Below, in pieces: positions 37,931-52,849 of a stretch of 64,000 bases of DNA. Source of the stretch: Welwitschia mirabilis (lineage: Eukaryota); contig JBOZIK010000001.1 in NCBI GenBank assembly GCA_051453625.1, positions 923,004 to 987,003 of the forward strand. The letters run 5' to 3'. Positions within the stretch are counted from its first letter, which is position 1, and each line of letters begins with the position of its first letter. The translations under genes and the position numbers were made by a program. The notes beneath the pieces are model-generated. The model had not been told where the DNA came from and ran no database searches. It saw only the letters and a program-made list of their open reading frames with translations.

Positions 37931-38489
37931 ACAAGAGCATTACTCTACTATTAGGATGTCTCATTAAAGATTTATTTTTGTTTTTATTATACATTATTAC
38001 TTTTAGACCATTTTTCTATTGAATTAGTGGATTTATTCATTTGTAGTCCACTTATATTTATTGATACTTTTGTTGATGAAAAGTTAAAAATCTGATTCAA
38101 TGATGGATAATGCACTACTAAGAATAGGAGCATTAGCTATTTAAATAAGAGCTATATTGTATGCAAAATAGTCCTACTCTAAATTTCTTCCCTTAACTCC
38201 AAATTAATTATTTTTTGCTTGAAAGTTTTAAGGAAATAAAAGGCTTCATCTTGAAAAACCACTAAGCTTGAGGGTTAAAGGAAATTAGGGTCATCTTAAC
38301 ATGGTAAGGGCTCAATTATTCAACTCCTTCGCTATGAAAGACTAATCAAGAGTAAAGGTACAAGAAAACTGAAATAGGCAAATAATAATCTTACATTTTA
38401 AAATATAATTCCTTTTTGAATTTAAAATTTTCTTTTCACTTTACAATAATTGAATTTATAAGATATGAAAGTAAAAAAATTTACTTATT

Positions 38490-41400
38490 CATTAACCTAT
38501 GTGATAGGAAGGTAAGTGTGGCAAGGGAAGCTCTACAATTTCCTGCAGTTCCTCCTAGATGAGCTTGGCAGAAGTTTTCTGTGGGACTGCATGCATGGGC
38601 ATGTAGCTGAAAACAAGAGATTAGAGTATAGCATCTTATTTACTTAATTTTGATACCAGATAGTTCAAGGGATTTTGGCTTGCATAAAGTGAATAAAATT
38701 GAAATTGCTAGGGCTTAAACATTAAGGTTTCAAATGGAGATAGTTTCTATTAGTAAGGAAGGCAGGGATAGAAAAGTTAAGAGATAATTTTAAAAAAAGA
38801 AAAAAAAAGGGGACTCCTAAAGAGATTAACCATGATAGGACATTTGCTGAAGTGCTACATGAAAATAGATGGTTCCATTAGAAGGAACCAAAGAAATAAG
38901 AAGGAACTGACATTAAGATGTCTTCTTTAGAACAAGGTTTCTGGGTGAAGATTTTAGAAAAAATTATTAGAGTCCAAGAGGATAAGTTTTTACTAACACT
39001 AGTGTGGACCTTCAATGAAAGATCTCTAGCATGGAGAGACATGCAGTCCTGGAATATAAACACCTAGCTAGATATGAGTGTAGAAATTACCCTAACTAGG
39101 GGAAATTATTACTTTTTCAACTTTGTAAATGAGAAAGACCGTAATATTGTAGAAGCCATAATAGCTTGGAGGGTAGAAAATCTTTTATGTAAGTAGGAAT
39201 ATGGTTCCCAAGATATCTCTCAGAATAAAAAGAAAAATCAAGTAAGCTTAGACTAAAGCAATGGCTCACAATCTAGATCTGGTTACTGGTTTTTCTAGTA
39301 GAGTTTTGGAGATAAGTATCTTAAGGTATCCTCTCTTTTTTTGATGAACTTATCATGATAGACCAAGACACAATGAGAGGAATTACAAAACAAAATGCTA
39401 GACTTTATATGGAAATGATAGAGGACACTAAACTAGCCCACATATGAGCTTCAGAACCCCCATATGATATTCTCTTAGTAAATGGTATATGAAAATTTCG
39501 AAGATGTCTATAGAATATGCATGCAGAAGGGGCATATTTTGACCCATGTAACAAAGTCCATTTGAGCTAAGTCCATGCATGAAGAACGACAACCCAACTC
39601 ATGAAAAAACCAAAAAAAAAAAAAAAAAAAAAAAAGAAAGAAAGAAAGAGGGTATGTTCTCATTTTTAACCAGAATGCATTCAAATTTGAACAACACAAA
39701 TTGTAGGGAGGAAGGGCCATAAATAAAGAATTTTCACAAAGAGATGAAAGAATACAAGTTGAAAATCCAAGAATCTAAAATCAATGAAGGCAATATCAAC
39801 TACAAGGATATTCCTTAGAGGAAAAGATGGATTAGTCTAAAAACCCCAGGTCTAGAGGTAGCTAAGAAAACTTTCCCATAGAATGAAGTCGGGAGAATGG
39901 GACTAATAACAAATGATAGCTAGTGACATCCAAGAAAAAACATAGACACCTACATATTGGATACCACAAATAAAGATAATAGGATTTGATTAACTTTTTC
40001 TTGGAAAATAAAGGTCCCTAAAAGAAAAATAGAAAGGGAAAGAAACAGATAAGGGAGGAAAGTCCTATGACAAATAGGGAAGGATCCCCATCCACCTTGC
40101 TTTTCAACTTATAAAAAGGCCCTACAAGGCCTTTAAATCATGATAAAATGCAAATATAAGCTGAGAAAGATATAGCCAATGGCATGTAAAACATTCTAGA
40201 TGAGCTAGCTATTACTAGTATTAATAAGTATAAGAAAGGAAATAAGGGAGATGTTAGTTTGGTGATATTCCCATGGAAGTTGGAGAAGGATTTAATGGTT
40301 GCAGAATATCCAACCAAAAGGATGATCCTAGTACATCATAAGATGAGAATCATATCCTAGAATGGTAATGGATTGTCCAACCCAGAAAAAAAAAGGGAAT
40401 AAAAAGATTACATGTCAAGAAAATATAAATATTATATTTCTCTAAGAAATGAAATGTAGTAAAAAGCATAGGCATCTCAGACTAACATGGTCAAAGGCCT
40501 GGGTGAAAGTAATAAGGAAAAGTGGAGGTATGATGGAGTCATCTAAACTTTCACATTAAAATAGAAAACAAAAGTATGCTAGGTATTTAGGAAGATAGTT
40601 TTAAAATATTTGATGTTTGTGGATCATCTTTAAAGAAAGACAGCAAATATTTAGGTTTAGGATGCTAGAGATCACTTTAAAGGGAGGTTGGGCCATAAGA
40701 GGAAACTAGAATATGACCAAGCTCAATAGGAAAAGAACTAGCAGAAGATGTATTCCAAAAGATCAAGCCTCTGTTTAGAGTTTTGAACATTGAGGTAGTA
40801 TGTTTAAAGTTATCATCTCCTAGACTTGATTTACCTAGAAAAGATTAGACGAGAAAGGAGGATGGAGGGGATCAAAACTTGATAGGTTTTTTATTTGCAA
40901 AGAGATTTGAAATCAACACACACCTACATGTAGATATCTCTCATGGATCATGTCTGATCATAGATTGTTAATATGTAAATAGAATAAGGGAAAGATAAAA
41001 TAAAAGCTTTATAAATTTAAGAACTTTTAGATTTAAAGACCTAGAATCAAGAAAGTGTTAAAGCAAATATAGGATAACTCTAAAGGGTAAAAGGTAGTAA
41101 AGACTTGCTAGAGTATCTTCAAAGTTTCATTAGATCTATTAAACTCAAAAGAAAACCCTCTAACACATACATATCCAATAATATATTAGTAACCTTTATG
41201 TCAATTATCAAATAATAGATGAGAACTCCCATTGGAAAAAGATGATGCAAAAGATGATGAAAAAATGAAAAACTACCCACAGGGCCATTAGAGAAGAGAA
41301 TCTTTACTAGTAATAAAGGGTAAAAATACATAGCTCAAGGAGAAAGACCAAAACTTGTGATACTTTCACATTTGGGCCTCACAGAGATGAAGAGAATGAT

Positions 41401-44400
41401 AAAATCCTTAGAAGATGAGACTGCAAACCTTGATCATGTAGCAAATTAATTTAAAAGACTTTTCAAGGAAGAAAGAATCATAAACCCTTGGGATTTAGTA
41501 GATTTGATTCTATGTCTAGTTATAATAGAAGATAATATTAGGCTCTAATGAACTCCCTCCGAGGATTAGATCTAGGAAATCTTCAACTCGACTGCTAAAA
41601 ATAAATCCCTAGGCTCAGATGGATAGAATTTTGAATTATTTAGGAAGTCTTGGGATGTCATGGGGAATGATATCATAGTGATAATCCAGAGGGCATTTTA
41701 ACATTTTATGTTCTTAAAACACTAGGGAGATACAACCTTAGTCTTGCTCCTAAAAAAGAAAGTTATCTAGTCCCTTAAAAACTATAAATCAATCAGCCTC
41801 TACACCTACCTGTACAATATCATGTCTAAAATTTTGGTTAACCGACTTTAATCACTTCTCCCCAACGTCATCAGTGACAACTAGAAAAGGATTGATTTCA
41901 GGTAGGTACACTTGGGATAATGTGATAATAGCCTAAAAAGCCATCCACTAGGATTGACATCAAAGAAAAAGCATCTACATGTTCAAGCTAGACCTTGCAA
42001 AAGCATATGATAAAGTTAGTTGATATTATCTAGAGGCTACTCTTGAGCGACTAGGATTTTCTAATTAGTTTTGTGAGATGATCATATATATCCTTTGTAC
42101 CATGATATTTGAAGTTTAAATGAATAGAAGAAAATCTAAAAAGCCTTTCCCAAGGAGAGAGCTGAGACAAGGGAATCCCTTATTCCCTTGTTCCCTTGTT
42201 TATTTACTATTTTGGAAGACATCTTAAATATGTGTTTGAATAAAGTGAATCTAGACAAAATCATTCCTTAAACCTTACACTCTAATTTTTTCCAATCTTC
42301 CATCATTGAGGCTAAAAAGATAAAGAAAGCGATGGATATTCTTATAAAACCATGTGCCTAAGAGTTAATTAAGAGAAGATCCATGTCATCACAATGAATT
42401 ATCTAGTAGAGATAAGTAGAAAAATTTAACAAATTTTGGGTTTCCACTTTTTATCTTGGGTAGCCCCTTTTTGGTGGCAAGAAAAAGTGGGAGTTATGAA
42501 GGAGATGAAACTGTTAATATGAAGGGGAAGATTCCTATATTTAACAGGGAATTTAATGCCAACCAAAGTAGTCTTAAGTAGCATTTTGAGTTATACCATG
42601 ATGTTTCTGATTCCTTGGAGAAGTATTCTAAAGCAAGTTAATAAGATTGTTAAAGATTTTTCTTAGTCTAAAAATGATAATAGGAGTAGATCTTATCTAG
42701 TGTCTTAGGAGAAAGTAACAAATCCAAATCAAGCATTGAGTTATAACTTAAAAAATGATAGACTGTAGGCCCTTATACTAGTTGCCAAACTCACCTAGGA
42801 GATTTGGATTAAAATGGATAAGGATTGAACAAAATACTAGACTTGAAATATGGTAGTATTTGGAGAAAGGCTAATTAAACTTCAAAAACATGGAAGAGTA
42901 TAAAACAAGACTGGACATAACTCCAATTTCTAGGAAATTAGAAGTTCAGAATAAGTAGAATCTTGAGAGGATAACTCCCATTTAAGAAGAGATTTAGCAT
43001 TACAATCAATAAAAAAACTTTTAGATTTAATGGAAATCCTAAGGAATAAGAGAGCGACAGAGGTCTGTGACTTGTGGAAAGAGAAGGGGTGATAAACTCG
43101 ATCTCCTCCTTTTTTGAAAAATATGTATAATAAAGTGGAAGAATTTAACTATATCATCTTTAGGTTACCACATAAAGAAGCTAGAAAGGATAGTCTTATA
43201 TTCCCTAACCATAAAGGGACTAGCTAGATTTCCCATTTGATGTTCTAATTATTTAGAGAAAATCTCAAATGGAAGATTTTATAGACACTCTAATGTCACC
43301 AAAAAGTTCCTTTTTTTAGCTAGATGCTTAAACATTAAAGCCTCTTTATGGAGAGTAACCTCACTCATAAGGGTTTTAAGTCGGATTCTAGGTGCATGCT
43401 TTATTATCATGGCATGGAAATAATTTGGCATATTTTCTAAAGTGTGATTTTAATAAAGGCATTAATAGATGCATGTATAAGATTTGGGGGCCTCAATCAT
43501 CTACATGCATGAAATAAATTGGCTAATGGAAAAACCTCCTTATTTCGAACTCCAAGGATGGCCCTTTAGTTACATATTTTTTAGTAGGTTTAGCTTAAAA
43601 GAAATAAGAGGATCTTTAAAATAAGTAGGCTTATTTCCCTTCTCTGCACTCTTGTAAGAGATATAGTAATAGTTAATTAAATAGAAGAAGTTCACAAAAC
43701 TAGAATGGTGAATTCAGTTGTAAGGGAGTTCTTTAGATATAAGCCACACTAACATGCAAAGATATAAAACTTCCTAGTGTTTAACTGCCTTCAGAATGTG
43801 GGATGGATGGATTATTATACTAGGCTTCATAGTTATCATAAGGAGTGATTAGAATACTCTATCCTATTTCAATACGAAGATGCAGTAAGTATGCATAACC
43901 ATAGAGTTATCCTAATAGAAGATTTGATGGGAGAGACATCATGTCTTAAGTTCGAAGATGAAAGAGTAACCGCTAGGACAGGTATGAGGACTCTAAGCTA
44001 AATTGCTTATTCAATACTAGGAGGAAGCATCTAAAGGTGAAAGGGATAGTTAGCATACTCTCCTTGATGAAGAATGATCCAAGCTTTACAAGTAACTCAT
44101 TAGTTACTTTATATTATATGATAAGGCTACAAATGTTTATGGTTTTCATTTTAGGTTACCCTATGTGTTTTCTCCTATGACAGGAAAAGATGTAGTCAAT
44201 ATGCCATCTTTTCTTATTATGAAATTGAGAAAGAAACTAGATTTGACTATGAGGAAGTAACTCCACACAGTAATGCATGTAGTTTTATTAGGGATTTTAA
44301 TTTACCATGCCACTAAGCTCCTCTTAGAAATGGTAGAGGAGGACAAAGAAGAAACAGGAGAAGGACAAAAAGCTAATAATGTCTATCCAATCTTCCTCCA

Positions 44401-45530
44401 TCTAGTAACTCATTAGGAACCACCTAATCCACTAACCCTAGTCCAATAATGCACATCCTTGAGAAGAAAAAAATAAGCAGCTAGATGAGTTCTTAAAAGG
44501 TAGGAAACTAGTGGGAAGTGTAAGTAGAAGGGCAACCCTCCCTCTCAGTGGTATTCTAAATGCCTTGCCCCTAGCTTTTTACAGATTAGGATAAAAAACA
44601 CCCAATAACTGTTCCCATCCTTCCAAGATTCATCTACTTCTAAAGTTTTAGAAGAATCTCCTTGGTTCTCCCTGTACTTCTCCCTTTTCATTAAAATCTT
44701 TCTAGCCTTTCTTGCCCCTAGGCTTTGCTACCTTTTATGCTAGTAGTCTTCTTATTATTAATGGCCTTAACTCCTCCTCTATCTTATTCTTCTGTCCTTT
44801 CCTTAGTTAGCTCAAGCCATTACCCCTCTCCCAATTCCTCTTCACCTACCATTTTGTAGCACATTGTTCTAGACCTAGATCATCTATTAGAGATGCTAGT
44901 GGATACTTCCCTTGATCTCAATTAGCCAGTGATAAGTCTTATCAGCTAGGATACACCGATTCAATAGAAAGCCTCAAAGCAAGTATATCAAAGTAAGAAT
45001 GAAGTCCCTACAAAATGATAAGTAATGAGGGAGATTACGATCAAAGTACCTCCACAAAGAACACGTAAATTCTGTATGTAACTCTAGTTCATTTTTCTAT
45101 TATAATACATGATGAGGACCTCCATCATGCCTACATGTAGGATCTCATGGATTTAGAAGTCTAATCTCATAAAAGCACTACATGAGTCTTACCAGTGGAT
45201 TGAAAGTTTAGTAGGTTTCTTTATGTGACAACAATCTTTTCTTGCCATGTTGATCATTGTCTTTGTTAGTCATTATTATTGTAAATATAGTTAAGTTTAT
45301 ATACTTGTCATTTAGAGTAATTACAGTTTCTTTTTTATTGATTCTATCAAGATGGAATGCCCTATTGACCCCTTAGCCTTTGTTTCCCCCATGGTGTTGT
45401 AGCCTTTCTTACTTTTGGGGATGCAATAGACAACTTTTCTCCTAGTGTCTATTCCTAGTATACTTGCTTTTTATTAATTTTTTGTTTTATAATGTGATCC
45501 TATTAGCCTTTTTGCTTGGAAATAAATAAT
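38490..45530 (+). mobile_element. Near full-length degenerate L1-like LINE (ORF1 DUF4283 + zinc knuckle; ORF2 EN-RT-zf-RVT)
   Basis: ORF1 has RGNYYFFNFVNEKDRNIV and VYENFEDVYRICMQKGH. ORF2 starts at 40343 with MRIIS*NGNGLSNP, then LDRF, SDH, KSLGSDG, YKSISL, KLDLAKAYDKVS*, LRQGNPL and CMLYYHGMEIIWHIF. Ends are approximate. Confidence 0.85.
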
Positions 45531-45939
45531 AATTGAATTTATAATAGATAAATAAGAAAATCATTTATCTCTAAAAAATATTAAATTACACTCTTTTAGA
45601 CCTATCATAGCACATGAAAAAGTAAATGACAGAAAACAATATTCACCTTTCATCCACTTATAGGCCAATGCCATTTTTTAGCTAAGTGTTTAACATTATT
45701 AGAAAGAGTCACATGCTACTTTATCATTGGAAAAAATGAAATCCCAAACTTTTCATATTCACATATAATAAACTCATTTTGTAAAAGTAATAGTAATGCA
45801 TAATTACCTAATGACATTTTAAAGATTATCTAGAAAGGGTAATTTTTCTATTTGTATTAAATAAAAAAGGAGTCATATCTTTAGAAGGATTCTAAGTTTT
45901 TTATTCATTTAATTATTACCTATCTAAATAAGAACTTCA

Positions 45940-46390
45940 ACAAGTATTATAAGCTTCGAACAATTGAAAATTATCTTTACTTTTTCATTTTTAATTTTCA
46001 TAAATATCAAAATGAAAATAATTCTTAACTAGTCTTTTAACATTTACAAATCATTCTAAATTGTTAAGCCTCTAATAATATGTGGACCTTAAAAGAAATT
46101 TTTTAAGATTATTTAAAATGGATACTTTATCTATTTGTGCTAAAGAAAAAGAGTCGTAACTTTGGGATAATTATATTTTTTCCCCATCTATATACTTCCC
46201 TATCTAAAGATTAACTTTAAAGAGTATTATAAGCTTCTAAAGATTTAAAATCATCTTTACCTTGCATTTTTAAATCCCATGAGTATCAAAATGCATATAA
46301 TTCTTTAATTAATCTTTTAATCATTCCAAATTATAAAGCTAATAATATGTAAATTTTTTTAAAGAAAAATTCAAAATGATTTAAATATTT
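45940..46390. repeat. Two-copy degenerate direct repeat, ~280 bp period
   Basis: AGTATTATAAGCTTC…ATCTTTAC…ATCAAAATG…ATAATTCTT at ~45942 and ~46222. Confidence 0.65.
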
Positions 46391-46399
46391 AGCCTTTAT

Positions 46400-47050
46400 T
46401 ACGTGAACCCATTTTTTTATTTTTTTATATGACACTAGACTATTCTAGTTAACAGGAAAATATTTAAGTCATGAAGTCTTTTTAAACCAAAATCATCTTT
46501 ATTACATGATTTTCACATAGAATCCTAATTTTTATGAATTTGCATCATACCATCAATGCTTTCTCACATAAAATTTCTTTCTATCTTTTTCATGTGCTTC
46601 AGAAGTTCTTTTAGAGTTTAAAGATAAGACAGTAAACAAATTAGAAAGGACTGAAGATAAATTTAGATTAGTTAAGCTTTTTCTACTAAAGAAAAAAATT
46701 ACCTTTCTATCTTGCTAATATTTCCATTAATATTATCAAGAATATTACTTTATAATTCTTTCTTCATTCTTCGTATAAAAAGAGGAATGCCAAAATAGTT
46801 TTCACATGCATTGTTAGTTGTATAATTTAGAATTTCTTGTGTTTTTAGAATTGTTTTTAAATTCATATTAAAATTATAAATCATACAATCAACAATTAAA
46901 CTAAAAGTTTTATAAAATGCTCTTAAAATATTTAGAATACATAAAAAATTCTTAGTTTTCTCTGTATAAAATATAGAAGTATCATCCACATATTGAACAT
47001 CACTTAGATTAGGGATACCTTCTATAACTCTAATGTCTATCTGTAATACT
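46400..47050 (-). mobile_element. L1-like LINE RT C-terminal fragment
   Basis: Minus strand reads SDVQYVDDTSIF (YADD-like) and NYFGIPLF (YLGLPL-like). Confidence 0.7.
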
Positions 47051-50000
47051 TCAACTTAATTTACCCTTGATAACCATAATTTTTTATTTCTTATTTTAAA
47101 TTAAAATACTTAGTAGAACCCTCGATTAATTTCTACATATACTTTATTAGAGTTTTCATATATGTTAAAAAAAAGACATTACAATTATTTCTTCTCAAAA
47201 TATTCCTTTGGTTTGAAAACACTAGCAATATCACTTATGTGTCCTATATTTTTTCCTAGCTTTTTGCTACACAAAGATATATTTTATATAGTTGATAAGA
47301 TGTCAAATTGTTTTAGTACAAACATGGATGTACATTTAGGATAATTTTTAACCAATATAATAGAAGGTTGCATCTTCTATTAATGGCATTCCAACTTGAT
47401 ATCTGACTATCATTCAAATGTGAGTTGGTACTACTTAGGTTCTAAACCAAACAAACATAGCTGGACTCAACTTCATAAGCTTAGAATTCACCTTGATTTA
47501 CCACAAAAAATGCAATAAATGATACTTGAGGTGTATGCATGCTCACAAGTAACCCTAGCTTTTTTGAAGCATCTCAGGGATGTGTAACATGATCTTTCAA
47601 TACTAAAGGCTTAGGATAATAAGTTAGAGTAAGTACATATATGGGTAACAAAGTCGAGTGATGATGAAATTCAATTTTAAAAGGGTTTATTAAAAAAATG
47701 CAATGCAATTTAACTTGGTGATTAAAATTAAAAATGTGAGTGAACTTTATTAGAATTACCTTGATTTATTTATCATTCGATGAATACATCCTCTAAGGAC
47801 ATGCATATAATATTAATTAATATGGATTTTTGATTGCTTTTTTACTTACAAAATATAAATCTAACTTCATTAGGTTTATTCTATTACAAATAATCACACA
47901 TAGAAGAAAATAAAAAATATGCATAATCTTTATTTGGCATATTACAAAATAATTGTTTGAAAATATAGTAATCAAATTCAAGATAGTATAAGTATATTCC
48001 TTTAATTTCAATACTTATAACTTCCAAATAAATCATGTTTTTACTTTAGTGTTATTTTTGAAAGAAATAAAAATATTTTTCACATGAAACAATACTTCTC
48101 TCAAAGTCCCCTTTCTCTAAGTTCAACTAATAAATTTCTGATATAATACTATGATTAATGAATAGGTAGGTAAAAGTATAATACATAATGCTTATTGAAA
48201 ATTCATGTATCTATAAAATTAATAAAGGCCATGAAAATCAAAAGAACTAATCAAGTAGACTAGTTTGCTAAAATAAAAACAATCATAAATATCTAAAGAT
48301 ATTTATTAGAATAATAGTAACTAAGGAAGAGGAGGATTTTATATGCAAATGATAAGTATTAATAATATTATACAATTAAAGCAATATGAAAGTACATCTT
48401 TCTTAAATAACTATCTACTTAACTTTTTAAACGCTAAAATAGGTAGTCCACTTACTATTAAGGAATAATACCTTAATTAAGATAGGCATAATTTATGCTT
48501 AATAAATAAAATTTAATAAATAAATTTATTTAATTATCATGCATCTTAAACTCTTAAATTATTAGCATGATTTTATTTAATAAATTTTCTTTAGATAATT
48601 AGATAATTTTTGGCCTTTTAAGAGACTTTGTGATTAAAAATTAAAAATTAATTATCTAAAAGGGCGAAAAAAAATTATTATAGTATCTCTTAAACTAGAC
48701 TCATAACTTCTAGAAATTAACTTTATAAAATTTTAATATTTATAAATATATTTATTAAGATCATACATTAAGTGTAAAAATTGTTTAAATTTTTAGAATT
48801 CTTATTAAAACACACTACACTAAAAAGGTGATAAATTTTAAAATACTTTGAATTTTTAAGTGATTCAATAATCTTAGAAAGCTTATTAAACTCTCTACAA
48901 TATAAACTATCCTTAATTAAAAAATAACTAGTACTAGTTCTATAATCTGAGATTTAATGCTAACTATTTTTGTGTTTATTTTTGAGTTAATTTCATAAAA
49001 TGATTTTTAAAACATTATTCTCTTAGAAAAATTACTCTTGTCAAATTTTTATAATCTCAATTGAATTATAGATATATTAAAAAAAAAATATTTTAAGTAA
49101 TAATTAATGAGTTATGGTCTTCCTAACTTGTGTTATCAATTTCAAGAAAATGAAGTTTATCTAAACAAGAACATAAAAATTCATATAAAACTCAAGAAAT
49201 TAGAGTTGATAAAATTAATGCAAATACCTAATGTAACTATTTTAACTAATAAAAATCTATACTAACCAGAAAATACAATGCACAAAATTAAATAAAGTTA
49301 AACAAATTCAATAATCCTACGAATTAACATGAAGCATGAAGTATTGCTTAACACAAGTGGGATTTACAATCAAATAGTCCATCCTCATTAGAAGATTATA
49401 ATGCATATATTATGTGTGAAATATTCAAAATCAATTATTAATATGTAACAAGATATGGGTACCAAAAGACTATAGTGAACCCCTTGGTCACTTAGCCAAA
49501 ATGTTCCATTGATAAACTCGTCAACTAAACATGTAAAGAAATCCCTGAAATATATCATTCATCTTGGTTTGAGCTAAGTGAAAGATATAATTTTAATAGA
49601 ATAAATATTATGATTAAAATATGTAATGACCTAATGCAATACTCAATTATGCCACAATGTCTAAGCAAAAGAGATAACATAGGAATACAAAAAGTAGAGG
49701 AAACCTACTTGGAAAAGTGATGATTCAAGGCTTATGCTTAATAAATACTAATGAATATTTGATGAAGTATTAAGCTTTAAGATCCTTAGCTTTAAGCTTT
49801 AAGCTCCAAGATCCAAACTCTAAGCTTCATGCTCAACAACAAGATGATGAGGAGACAAGAGAAGAAGATGAAAGAGTAAGAAGAAAAATGGATAGCACGC
49901 ACTTTCCTAAAAATGAAAAATTAATTTTAAAGAGATATAAGAATTTATTTATAAGTAAATGATATACCAAAAGTCCTTGATTCAAGTGGTTAAAGACCAC

Positions 50001-52849
50001 TCACCCTATTGTACCTATGAGATAATATGATGACATTAAATTGGATGATATTGATCACCTTGAATTAGATAAGATAGATCACATTAAATTGAATAAGATT
50101 AATTAATGAAAAGTTGCTTAAGATTAAGTGATAAGTAATATTTAATGTATGAATAAAAAAAGACATCATATTTAATATTTATGCAATTAACTAAGATGAG
50201 TAATTATTTTTCTTTAATTAGGAAGATTAATTACATACATCATTTCCTTGTGCTATTTACTTCTTAATCCCTCATAGGATCATAAGTATATTTAATCAAT
50301 TCAAAACTACATTGAGCAATGTGTAACATGCACTAAAATAATAAATCTTTTTGTATGCATCAATTTCAAAATTGCCATGTGTTACAATGAGAAAATCTAT
50401 TCTAATTCTAGTGAACAGGAAAAATGAATATTTTATAAAAAAAGTACTTTTACAAATATGAAGAAGGATAAAAGTCATGGTAGAGTTAAATCTGCTTAGT
50501 CATCCTCATTAGTTTATAGGTAAAAGTGCATGTACTTATTTACATGCTTATTAATTTTATGATCATCAGATCCATTAATACAAAACACAAGAAAGTGTTC
50601 TAATAAAATGCAGTACACTTAAATTTTTATCCACTTCTTTAACAAATTACATTAACTATTTATTTTTACCAAATAATTTTTTTTAACTTGAATGAGATAC
50701 ATGAATAAATAAGTAACATAAAGATTTAGTATGGTATTCTAGTGATTATTTAATACCTTCTTATAAAATTCTCAATTAAATAATTTTACTCTGTAAATTA
50801 GATGCCTTTATACAAATAGATTTGTTTATTAATTTCTTAGCTAAAATTTTATAAAATAATTCTATAAAATTAAATTATGAAAATTACAAAAAAATAAGAT
50901 CAAGATTAATCACCTAAAATATCATACAAGTATTTAGAATTTAGAATTAAGCATAACACATTTTTTTTTCAGGAAAAGAGAGAAATATAAGACATCATTA
51001 GTTATAAAAATAAATATTAGTTTTTATAAAGCCTCTAATTAAAGAAGAGTTTCATATTAAACCACAATAACCAACGTGTCATATAATTAAGATACTAATA
51101 TGTTTCATATTTAAGTCATTATAAGTTACAAAATATAGGATAAAACATTATCAAAGTGTTATCTTTTTGAGTATTATTATTTTTATTTCAAATTTTACAT
51201 ATTTAGACCCTAAAATTTAGTAAATTAATACATTTGTAAGGTCATAAATACCATATTTAGAGATAAATTACTATTAATTATGTTTTATCCTTTAATTTTG
51301 AAAATTATTATAAGAAGAACCAAAATTTGATATTTTACTATAGATCATCTTGAGCTACCCAAATTTCATTGGAGTTGATCTACTAAAAGGAACTAACATT
51401 TATATTAGATCTACCATCATCACTATTATTCTAGAGCTGAATAAGTCTTGTGAAGAATAAAAGGCTAAACAAATGATAAATTGATAGATTAACCTTATAA
51501 CCTAGTGCTAAACCAATCTACAAAAACCAAGAAACATAATCCATGTTCTATTACCTAAGGAGATCCATTAGTACTCATATGTTAATAATAAGAACATACT
51601 AATGGATAGCTACAACCTAAGAAAAGTTATATACATAAAACCCACATTAAGGGTAAACATACTTCATTCTTCATCATTAAAGATCATTCATCATCTAGTT
51701 TGAAAGAATTATTTTCTTTGTAAAAATTATTTTAACTTTTTAGATCTACTTATGTTAAAATTACAAATATTTTGTAATGATTTATAGGAATTAAGAGCAT
51801 CTGGAGCATAGAAGCATAGAGTTAAGGACATTCACTTTAGAACTATTACATGGAACTTCACTCTTGTTCAAGTCTATTCTACACTTATTTTTGCATTTCT
51901 AGTTTCACAGAGGTTAGGTCCAATTTATTACTAACATTTATGGAACCTCTTTATGTGTTCCACTATAAATAGGTTGCTCTACATTATGAATGTAAAATTT
52001 TGGATTTGAAAAATTCTTATATCAAATGCTTATGTAAATTAGTAATTTTTGTCTTTGTTTACCATCTATTTTTTCACAATAGAAGATTTTACATTTGACT
52101 AGTATCAGTGTAATTTCTACCAATGATACTATCATTTTTCTGAATTTTGTCATCATTTAAATTTTAAATCATGTCTTTTGATTGTTTTTAATAATTTTTA
52201 TTAGTTGTTTATCATAAAAGTCTTTTTAACAATCTTAACCTCTCATGCAATGTTGGGTTAGATATACTACTATCTAACTTCATAGGAAAAATAACCAGCA
52301 ATCATAATAGCAATCACTCATAGATAACTATGATGTTAACTTTAACTAAGAATTCTCAGAACCTACATTTTATACTTGTAAAACTTTAATGAAAAATCTT
52401 ACATATATTTTTAATTAAATTAATCATGTTTAAAATTAACAGAGATAATATTCATAAAGGATTATCTAGAAAAATATTAAAAGTACTATGGAAGACTAGG
52501 TGTTTAACTACATCTTCTTATATGATTTTATCACCTTACATTAACTAAATTAAAATACATGTTTCCATCATTAACTTATTTACTAAATCTAATAGAAACT
52601 TATATATGTAGAAGGTGCACTAACTCTACTAACCTAATGGAGGTGATGTTCCCAATGTAGTCTAGGTTGGTTCTTATCTATTGATCTGCTTACCTCCATG
52701 GTGTTGACCACAATACATACTAATTTAACTTACTGTATCACACTTGCCAAATGATACTAGTTGCTCAAGATTCCTATGAGTATTTGAGAGAATTTAAAGT
52801 AATAATCTCAATCATTAAAGATTAAGATGAGGTGGATAAGATGAAATTT

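Noticed and set aside
47100..52600. AT-rich tract with LTR-like composition, AAGCTTT heptamer repeats (~49772-49830) and faint copia-like text (~47150-47260)
   Set aside because: No boundaries or convincing motifs. Probably very old TE debris, but not supportable as specific features.
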